Part shown: positions 27,873 to 35,521 of the stretch, one piece after another
Layout of the letters: each line of letters opens with the position of its first letter
Numbering within the stretch: position 1 is the stretch's first letter
The notes under the pieces: model-generated
The model's input: the letters and a program-made list of their open reading frames with translations, nothing else
Told to the model about the DNA's origin: nothing
Databases searched by the model: none
Position numbers and translations under genes: made by a program
Assembly (NCBI GenBank): GCA_937132085.1
Contig: CAKZNV010000163.1
Location: forward strand, 7,441-71,440
From: an uncultured Rubritalea sp.
GTDB taxonomy: Bacteria; Verrucomicrobiota; Verrucomicrobiia; Verrucomicrobiales; Akkermansiaceae
Length of the DNA stretch: 64,000 nt
Direction: 5' to 3'

Positions 27873-28415
27873 TTAGTTTTTTTTGTGTTTACGAGATGAC
27901 TCAGCTTTGAACTTACGATATTTCTCGATTCTTTTCTTCAATGAGCTAATAAGAAATTCTTCTTGTCTAACTTGATACTCAAGATTTTGAAGCTCTCTCT
28001 CATGCTCTCCTAATAGATCATCCTTATGACGATCTAGCTCAGCCGATTTAATTTTGAGCAACCTCATTCTTAAAGACGACCGTCTGACTTCTTTTTCAAG
28101 GTCATAAATTTTAGCCCTTTGCTCATTAAGTAGAATCTGCTGCTTTTCATTTTTTGCCACAATTTGAGATAAATTATCGTTTTCGTTTTTCAATATGCCG
28201 CGAAGTGTAGCAAGAGAACGTTCACTCGTTTCTAATCTCTTCTTAGATAAGGACAGCTCTCCTTTCTTCTTTTGCACAAACTGTTCCATGTTTTTACTGC
28301 AAAACATAACTTGTATCGACGTTGCTGAGCGTGGATCAATAGCCCCACTAGGGCAACAACTATCTAACATTATTGCTGATACTATTAACACAGAACAATT
28401 AAGTGACTTTTTCAT
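27873..28415 (-). CDS. Coiled-coil lipoprotein
   Basis: LDSCC lipobox-like sequence, DPR motif, long heptad region. Confidence 0.6.
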   Translation of the reverse strand: MKKSLNCSVLIVSAIMLDSCCPSGAIDPRSATSIQVMFCSKNMEQFVQKKKGELSLSKKRLETSERSLATLRGILKNENDNLSQIVAKNEKQQILLNEQRAKIYDLEKEVRRSSLRMRLLKIKSAELDRHKDDLLGEHERELQNLEYQVRQEEFLISSLKKRIEKYRKFKAESSRKHKKN

Positions 28416-28433
28416 TCTCTTTTTTGCTTTATC

Positions 28434-29297
28434 TTAAAAAGGAACAGCATCGCGTATTCCCTTTAAATTGACTCCGAATGGATTCCATTTACCACTTGCT
28501 CCGATACTATTATCATAAGATTTTGAACCAGATCTTTTGATTAAATTGTCCAGCATTCTCTCAGCTCTAGATTTTATTCCTAGCATCTCATTAAAGCGCG
28601 TTCTGTGCTTCGACTTCTTATAAGATAACTGTCTTACCAGCACTTTTAATTTCCCTCGTTCAATACCTTGAACTCTATTAGCATCTGCTATTACATTCTC
28701 GGTGTAGAGGATTGACCTTTTAACATAAACAATTTCACTATCTAGAGCTTTGATAAACTCCGATAGCCTAGCAATGACTAAACTATTCTTTTCCGCTGAA
28801 TATTGACCTTTGCTATTCTTAACATTTGCACGAGATATTTGACTTCGGATGCTATTTAGCTCGGAGTTAAAAAAATTCTTCAACTTCGTATTATTGCTAA
28901 GAGCTAGTTTAGAATATGATATTTCTTTGTCTAAAAACTCAGCTCGGCTTGAATATTTCATTCGCTTTGCTGCAACGCTAGTAGCAACGCTATCGCTAGC
29001 TTTAGAGAGAACTGCTACCGCAAGACCTGCATAGACTACTTTCTTAAGTTGCCTAGGATCTTTAAGTTTTATCTGAATGTTTTTTGCCAGATATCGAACC
29101 CTAGAGCTACTAGCAGAAATATTAGGCTTCTTACGATAGGCTTGGGTTTTGAGAGGTGAAGTCGTAGGACTCGAGATCTTTGGCAAGCCACTGACTATTT
29201 TCATAGGATCAATAGACGAGCAGTTACTCAATCCAATACAGCTCCCAATAGCCACTGCCATGGCTCCAACATTTCTTAATATTAATTTTATTTTCAT
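28434..29297 (-). CDS. Coiled-coil lipoprotein with internal hydrophobic segment
   Basis: LSNCSS lipobox-like sequence; VVYAGLAVAVL segment followed by a coiled coil. Confidence 0.6.
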   Translation of the reverse strand: MKIKLILRNVGAMAVAIGSCIGLSNCSSIDPMKIVSGLPKISSPTTSPLKTQAYRKKPNISASSSRVRYLAKNIQIKLKDPRQLKKVVYAGLAVAVLSKASDSVATSVAAKRMKYSSRAEFLDKEISYSKLALSNNTKLKNFFNSELNSIRSQISRANVKNSKGQYSAEKNSLVIARLSEFIKALDSEIVYVKRSILYTENVIADANRVQGIERGKLKVLVRQLSYKKSKHRTRFNEMLGIKSRAERMLDNLIKRSGSKSYDNSIGASGKWNPFGVNLKGIRDAVPF

Positions 29298-29941
29298 TAC
29301 TTTGTTGTTTTATTCTTAAATAGAAATACTTGAGGATGTGGATAGTGTCGTTTCCATATTTTTTTTGATTGCTTCAAAGCTGATACATCAGACTTCAATA
29401 ATAATTCATTTTTTAAGATGAAATACCTTTGCTCTGATCGTAAATTAGATAGCTTTTTTTCCTTTGCTATTGTGTTATTTAAACTTAAAATGACCAATTC
29501 AGGTTCTTCTCGATATACATCAATTAGTCTCGCTATCCCTTCTATTAGCAACTTCCGATCTTCTTCTTTAGTAGCAACTCGATCTACTAAAGCCGCTTTA
29601 AGAGCAGTTTCGCTTTCAAAATCAGCGCTCTTCACTGAATCTTTTTGTAGAATTTTTAATTGAGCTATCTCCTCGTCCCCTTTTAAGCAACTAATCCAAT
29701 CTCTGTCTATTTGAACTAGCGAAGTCTCAATATTCGGCTTTACCTTGTCCACAGCTCTTTTATCAAACATTTTAACACACAACAAACCGACGCCTAAACC
29801 TGTAGCGATTAAAACGATGAGTGCTACAAACCTAAACGAAGCGATCTTACGAACAAAACCCTTCCATTCTAAAGGCTCTATATTTTTATCCTTAGAAGAA
29901 TCCTCCTCAGGTATATTGATTTCTATTTTTTCTTTTTTCAT
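29297..29941 (-). CDS. Single-pass membrane protein with helical extracytoplasmic domain
   Basis: FVALIVLIATGLGVGLLC transmembrane segment; coupled to both neighbours. Confidence 0.65.
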   Translation of the reverse strand: MKKEKIEINIPEEDSSKDKNIEPLEWKGFVRKIASFRFVALIVLIATGLGVGLLCVKMFDKRAVDKVKPNIETSLVQIDRDWISCLKGDEEIAQLKILQKDSVKSADFESETALKAALVDRVATKEEDRKLLIEGIARLIDVYREEPELVILSLNNTIAKEKKLSNLRSEQRYFILKNELLLKSDVSALKQSKKIWKRHYPHPQVFLFKNKTTK

Positions 29942-30885
29942 TTCAAAACTGCTAATAATAATGCACTTAACACTCCAGACGAGTCATTCGTGAACACCCC
30001 CCTATCTCCAGCGGCTACTGCTAGATGTTCAAAAAATTGTTTAGATGCTCGATCTCTTCTGCTACTTCCATTTCCAGTAAAACAAGCTACCATGGTAAAA
30101 TTGGCATTTTGCTTAGATAAGCTCATTACTTTCGATACAATATTGTTTTCGATTTGCGACTGACGGGTAGAACCAATGGTCACATTTTTAACCTCATAAG
30201 GACCGACATCACCAAATACAACCACTGCCTGTCTCCCTTCGTTTCCCAGAGATGCTTTAGACACTTCCAATGCTTTCAGTAAAGCTTGCTCTATATCTGC
30301 ATTACCTCCTCCCGCTTTAAGACCTTTTGTAAACTCTATAAGTTGCTGGGCTGAATGATGAAGCTTCTCTGGATCATATTCAATTTTTTGATTCAGTAAG
30401 GAATATATAGTTCCTTTAGCGTAAGCAATAATTGAGATAGTAACTCTGGGCGAAATTGCTGGTAAAGATTTTGATAACGCCTCGATGCTCGTTTTAAGTT
30501 GCTCTATCTGACTTGACATTGATCCAGATATGTCAATGACAACCACGAGATCTAACGGTTGACTTGAAATGTCACCTGATTTTTTAGAGTCTTCATTTGT
30601 TATTTTTTGATTCTCTGCATCTACCGCAAAACCTCTATTTTCAACCTCTAGCGAAACCTTATCTTGTTCAGATTTACTAAGTTGGGCTTCTAACTCTTTA
30701 ATCTCTTCCTTCTGTTCTTTTATAATTTCGCGAGCTACAGGATCACCCTCCGTTTTAAAATCACCCTCTTTAACCACCGATAAAGCAATCATCAGTAATA
30801 GAACAAAAATTGCCATCGTAGCAAATATCAAATCACTAAAAGACTCATAGAATGAAGGTTGAGTATCTGCTCCGCTAAGTTTCAT
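29938..30885 (-). CDS. MotB/ExbD-like TM helix + coiled coil + vWA domain protein (start reassigned to 30885)
   Basis: SFSDLIFATMAIFVLLL carries the conserved TM Asp; MIDAS-like DISGSMS and FGD. Confidence 0.75.
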   Translation of the reverse strand: MKLSGADTQPSFYESFSDLIFATMAIFVLLLMIALSVVKEGDFKTEGDPVAREIIKEQKEEIKELEAQLSKSEQDKVSLEVENRGFAVDAENQKITNEDSKKSGDISSQPLDLVVVIDISGSMSSQIEQLKTSIEALSKSLPAISPRVTISIIAYAKGTIYSLLNQKIEYDPEKLHHSAQQLIEFTKGLKAGGGNADIEQALLKALEVSKASLGNEGRQAVVVFGDVGPYEVKNVTIGSTRQSQIENNIVSKVMSLSKQNANFTMVACFTGNGSSRRDRASKQFFEHLAVAAGDRGVFTNDSSGVLSALLLAVLK

Positions 30886-31699
30886 TACTTCCTTCCTTGC
30901 TACTGTTTTCCGCATTTTTTCTTAATGCAGGAAGAATGTAAATTTCTGTCATTTCCAGCACATACGCCACGTATTTAGTTATTTGAGAATCCATAACACT
31001 AGCCAGAATACGTAAAATAATTCCTCCACATAAAGAACCTAAAAGAGTTGTATAAAAAGCAAGGCCTAGCCCAGCAAGAGGTCCTTCTGCACCTAGCAAG
31101 CTTTGAAGTAATCCACCTGAATCCTGCTTAATGTTCTGTATTGCCAAAGTAAGATCCTCCATCATGATGATAAGACCTACAATCGTTCCTACCAAGCCAA
31201 GCGTGACTAGGATACTAGCGAATATGTTAACGTCTCTAATTCGGAAACGTAACATTGTGTGCATATTCTCAAGCAGGTTATCTTGCTCTACTTTATGATG
31301 CACTTGAGATATTTTTTCTAAAGAACGTATGTGACCAACAAACAAACCAGAGTGAGATAGGTTATCCACCACTTCATTCAAACCTTTGTTCTCTCTAATA
31401 GAATTAATAATGTTCCGAGCTTCCACAAACTCTTGATCCAAATGAACAGCACCTATAATCAACTTACAAATCATTATAACCGATATAGATAGAATCAATA
31501 CGTAGAATATTATGCCTGATTGATTGTCGAGATACGCTTGGTAAGAAACCCATCCAACACCACCTAACAGTAGCAACCAAAAAACCGTGCTAACTAGAGC
31601 TCCTGACGTTTTATTATTTGAAGTATTACAGTTTAGACTCACAATTGATTGAATAAATTTTTCGTTTACAATATACGCTATGCTTGACAGATCTGCCAA
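30875..31699 (-). CDS. MotA/TolQ/ExbB proton-channel family protein
   Basis: TLGLVGTIVGL and GLGLAFYTTLLG channel helices plus two N-terminal TM segments. Confidence 0.8.
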   Translation of the reverse strand: MADLSSIAYIVNEKFIQSIVSLNCNTSNNKTSGALVSTVFWLLLLGGVGWVSYQAYLDNQSGIIFYVLILSISVIMICKLIIGAVHLDQEFVEARNIINSIRENKGLNEVVDNLSHSGLFVGHIRSLEKISQVHHKVEQDNLLENMHTMLRFRIRDVNIFASILVTLGLVGTIVGLIIMMEDLTLAIQNIKQDSGGLLQSLLGAEGPLAGLGLAFYTTLLGSLCGGIILRILASVMDSQITKYVAYVLEMTEIYILPALRKNAENSSKEGSNET

Positions 31700-31880
31700 G
31701 TTCCAAAGTGATAAATATTCATCAACTCATCAACTAACTTAGGATAAATAAATAACACATCTAAGAGGGATAATCAGGAACTCGATAAATCTTTTGATTT
31801 CAGAGTTCAACGTTTGTCATTCATTGGATATCTTACGTTCCTTTTGCGTATCACCAATAAGGCACACTGCCTTATTGATT

Positions 31881-32603
31881 ATGAAAACAACTACACGCAT
31901 TATATTTACGCAGGGTGGCAAGGGAGGTGTTGCTAAGACCGAGGTCTTACTTTCACTTGTTCCTTGGTATCGCCAACAAGGGATTGAGCCTATCTTGCTC
32001 GACTTTGATATTGAGAATACTAACAAAAGTGGGCTACAGAATTTCTACCCAGAAGCTAAAAAATTCGACGTGCATACTGAGGGAGCATTGGATGAACTCT
32101 TTGACATCTGCGATGAGTCAGATTCTCGCATCATCATTGCCGATCTAGGAGCTGGTGCTGGGAGTGCTACTTATGCTTGGTTTGAGGAAGCATTTCAGGA
32201 TGCGGAGGAACTGAATATCAAGTTTACTTCGATTGGAGTCACGACCAATGAAGCTGGAGCGGTGCAATCAGTGCTCAAATGGGCTGCACATCTACAAGAT
32301 CAGTCAGAGTATTTAATCGTGCTCAATGAGCTTCATGAACCTCATTCTAAGTTTGAATACTGGCATAAAGAACCAGCCGTAGAGAAGTTTCAACAACTGC
32401 TCTCCCCTACTATCATCACCATGCAAGCACGTATTCAGGAGTTTCAGGCAGAACTTAGAAACCAATCCGTTACCCTTCAACATGTGATTGATGGTATCGT
32501 TAGCAACGATTTCTTACGCAAAAAGAAAAATACAGTTAGAGCCAACCGCTACCAGCGACAGCTCTTTGCAGGGTTTGACTCAGCATCTCATATCTTAATT
32601 TAA
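31881..32603 (+). CDS. TraL/StbB-like ParA-type ATPase (start reassigned to 31881)
   Basis: TQGGKGGVAKT deviant Walker A, LDFD and IADLGAG motifs. Confidence 0.7.
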   Translation: MKTTTRIIFTQGGKGGVAKTEVLLSLVPWYRQQGIEPILLDFDIENTNKSGLQNFYPEAKKFDVHTEGALDELFDICDESDSRIIIADLGAGAGSATYAWFEEAFQDAEELNIKFTSIGVTTNEAGAVQSVLKWAAHLQDQSEYLIVLNELHEPHSKFEYWHKEPAVEKFQQLLSPTIITMQARIQEFQAELRNQSVTLQHVIDGIVSNDFLRKKKNTVRANRYQRQLFAGFDSASHILI

Positions 32604-33055
32604 TGATGTCTGCTCTCACAACACTTCATAAAGTCGCCCAGCTTCTTCCAAGTGAAGAGCGCGAGCGATTTTTGGCAATGATCGCCAGCTTCAAGAACGT
32701 GCCAGAGGATGATGAATATTTAATGATCCTAGAAGCAATCGGCTTTATGACGCTCATCTGGAATCAAGTTCCCGAGGAGGTAAGCAATATCCTCGATGGA
32801 GTAAACCCAATCACAGAAACTCGTCAAGAGCTGTCAAAGTGCGTTCATAAAGCGGTGCAAGAGGCTGTCCCCTCCCATCAAGATTTACGCCAAATTGTTC
32901 AGTCTTTAGAAGAACATAAACTATCTCTCAAGCAAGCCATTGGCTCAACGCATTCAAGCAAGTCACACTTTAGCTCCTCTCTTACTGTCAGTCTAGCATT
33001 CTTGTTAGGTATCTGTTCCTGCTTTATCGCGATCTACTTCTTTTACTCGAAATAA
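32603..33055 (+). CDS. Hypothetical protein with C-terminal TM helix (mobilization operon)
   Basis: Coupled between the ATPase and the T4CP. Confidence 0.6.
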   Translation: MMSALTTLHKVAQLLPSEERERFLAMIASFKNVPEDDEYLMILEAIGFMTLIWNQVPEEVSNILDGVNPITETRQELSKCVHKAVQEAVPSHQDLRQIVQSLEEHKLSLKQAIGSTHSSKSHFSSSLTVSLAFLLGICSCFIAIYFFYSK

Positions 33056-34513
33056 ATGAGATTTATCATCGCCATCACTACCCTCAGTATTGGTTCATGG
33101 TTCAGTCTTTATGTCCATGGCTCGTATTACTTAAGCCTACTTGCCTGCTCATTATTACTGGCGATATGCTGCTTATTCTACCGGAAGAGGTTGATCATTT
33201 TAAGGTGCGGATCACTCACTTGGACACAAGAGGAGCTATGCAGACACATCTTAATCTCTGGCGATACAGGAAGCGGTAAGACATTAAGTGGTTTCCATCC
33301 TATACTAGTTCAACTAACAAAAAATTTGCCCAATTGGGGCGGGCTAGTGCTGGGTGTGAAAGGTGATGAGCATGAATTCATCGAAGAACTCACAGAAGCT
33401 CATGGTAGGTCTCACGATGTCATTCATTTGCAAATCAGACCAGACGGTGAATCGACTAAATGGAAGCCACAACATCGATACAATTTTCTGAGTGACCGAT
33501 CAATCCCATGGATGACTCATGCTAAAGCCGTTGTTGATGTTGCCGCCAGCATGACCGAAGGAAAACAACATGCATTCTTTCGACCTATCGCTCAGATAGC
33601 TTTAGCCAATGCGTTCACCTTGCTTGATGAGCTAGATGAACCTGTGACTCTGACAAGAGCCTATTCCCTGCTCACTTCGTTGGATACGACTCAAGCGACA
33701 TTGAAACGCTTCAAGCGGATAGTGACAACCGCCAAACAACAGGAGCTAGCTAATTTCTTCGATTCCACTTTCATCCAGGCCAAAGCCCATGAACAACAAG
33801 AGGCAATCAAAGGCACTCTGACCACCTACATGTCATTCTTTCTAGATCCTGATGTAGCTAATGTATTTTCTAGTGACGAACCCAATACCTTCTCATTTTG
33901 TCAAATCGATCAAGGAGCAATCATCACGCTAACAATGCCTCAGAGACTCATATCTGAAAGACGCTATGTTCAGACTTACTTGAAAATTCTGTTCTATCTT
34001 CATGCTCTAAGACGTTTTGACAAACCAAGCAAAGAACGAAAGAATGAAAATCTCATCCTCCTAGTAGCTGATGAATTCCAAGATATTGTTACAGCCAGTG
34101 AAGACGGAATAAGCGACCATAAAATAATCGATCGTATCCGCTCAGCCAATGCCGCCATCATCGCTGGAATGCAATCAGAGATCTCTGCAGACCCAACTAT
34201 CGGGCAAATCAAACGCAAAGTTCTCACACTCAACATGAGAACTAGACTCATCTTTAAAGCCGCAGAACACGAAGGAGCTACACTCAGCGCAGAGTTCATC
34301 GGTAAAAAAGAAATCTGGAAAACCACCAAAACCTCCAGCGGCTATGACCGCACCAGCTACACAAAACGTAAAGAGGAAGAATACAAAATCAAACCAACAA
34401 AACTAATGAGCCTCGGTGACCACGTAGCGATCATCGTCCATCCTTCAAAGAAATGGATCAAAAAGAAAATAGCTCCGTTGAATGGCAAGGGTAAGGTTTA
34501 TGATTGGTATTAA
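33056..34513 (+). CDS. Type IV coupling protein (TraD/VirD4-like)
   Basis: Two N-terminal TMs, RHILISGDTGSGKT Walker A, LVADEFQ Walker B, R..N..I...MQS. Confidence 0.85.
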   Translation: MRFIIAITTLSIGSWFSLYVHGSYYLSLLACSLLLAICCLFYRKRLIILRCGSLTWTQEELCRHILISGDTGSGKTLSGFHPILVQLTKNLPNWGGLVLGVKGDEHEFIEELTEAHGRSHDVIHLQIRPDGESTKWKPQHRYNFLSDRSIPWMTHAKAVVDVAASMTEGKQHAFFRPIAQIALANAFTLLDELDEPVTLTRAYSLLTSLDTTQATLKRFKRIVTTAKQQELANFFDSTFIQAKAHEQQEAIKGTLTTYMSFFLDPDVANVFSSDEPNTFSFCQIDQGAIITLTMPQRLISERRYVQTYLKILFYLHALRRFDKPSKERKNENLILLVADEFQDIVTASEDGISDHKIIDRIRSANAAIIAGMQSEISADPTIGQIKRKVLTLNMRTRLIFKAAEHEGATLSAEFIGKKEIWKTTKTSSGYDRTSYTKRKEEEYKIKPTKLMSLGDHVAIIVHPSKKWIKKKIAPLNGKGKVYDWY

Positions 34514-34639
34514 ATTTGAAGGAACTATTTGATCCGCAATCCCTATATTCCTCCAACAATTTAATTAATCTGGCTAATAACAGCTCCTCTCGTATAATAC
34601 CCACAGCCCCAAAAATAATTCCAATTCATATAAGAATCT

Positions 34640-35170
34640 ATGCAGAAGACTCACAATACGATCTCAAAATCTCCCCCTAGCTTAGAGACCTCTTCTCAAA
34701 AGCCCCAAAATGACACTACAGTGAACCCATTTACAATTACTCCTGATACCCGAATAGATTTGATGAAGTTTGAACTAACCCAACTTTATGACTGGGATAG
34801 GCTACATGCTCAGCTTCGGCGCAGGGATCTCATTTTCTTTTTCGGCGTGCCTAGTATTTTATTAAAAATCATTGGAGAAAACATTTTTGATCTCAAAAAC
34901 TATGAGATATGCCTTTCAGTTCTTGGCTTCATCATATCTCTTTTAGGGTTTTCTATCAGCTCCAGAGCAACTCAGTATGTGACTGCATATAAAGAAGTCA
35001 TAGCCCTCAGAGAAGCAGACCTTGGAATTCAGTTATCAAAGGATCTTGAGGATCGTGTAGGACGAAAAGGAAAGATCACAGCAGCCGAAAGAACTAAAAT
35101 TATTCACTCCCTCATAATCGGTCTTTGGATATTTATTTTTGCGATCAACATTTATACGAATTTATATTAA
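34640..35170 (+). CDS. Small multi-pass membrane protein
   Basis: Three hydrophobic segments; solitary insertion between the T4CP and the relaxase operon. Confidence 0.55.
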   Translation: MQKTHNTISKSPPSLETSSQKPQNDTTVNPFTITPDTRIDLMKFELTQLYDWDRLHAQLRRRDLIFFFGVPSILLKIIGENIFDLKNYEICLSVLGFIISLLGFSISSRATQYVTAYKEVIALREADLGIQLSKDLEDRVGRKGKITAAERTKIIHSLIIGLWIFIFAINIYTNLY

Positions 35171-35185
35171 TACAAGCAAAGATCA

Positions 35186-35521
35186 TCACTCCATCACCGA
35201 AATCTGATCAATCCTAGCATCTTTCTCAGGCAGAAATATACCTGACGGCAGTTCTCGGAGATAGATCACTCTATGGTCTGTAATTGCCTTATGAATCACA
35301 TCTAGGTTTGCACCAACGACAATCACCTTGCTTTGCGTGAACTCGATGCGTAAGGCATGAGACAAGCCTTTGACTCCGTAGAGATGATTATATCCAGCAG
35401 AGTAGCGTGATTTATCACGCTTGATGAAGGTGAGCATGTTTGAACGGTCCCTGAACTTCACAAACTCATAGCACTCAGTCTTTGACCGACCGTCAAAGCC
35501 ATTAAAAACCTCCTCACTCAT
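35186..35521 (-). CDS. Small relaxase-linked protein (paralog of 11840-12166)
   Basis: ATGA overlap with the relaxase 2 stop; G.NLD motif. Confidence 0.6.
   Translation of the reverse strand: MSEEVFNGFDGRSKTECYEFVKFRDRSNMLTFIKRDKSRYSAGYNHLYGVKGLSHALRIEFTQSKVIVVGANLDVIHKAITDHRVIYLRELPSGIFLPEKDARIDQISVME

Noticed and set aside
29938-31699. Calling the MotA/MotB-like pair a Zorya system
   Set aside because: No long ZorA tail, no OmpA-like domain in the B subunit (vWA instead), and no ZorC/D/E-like genes adjacent.
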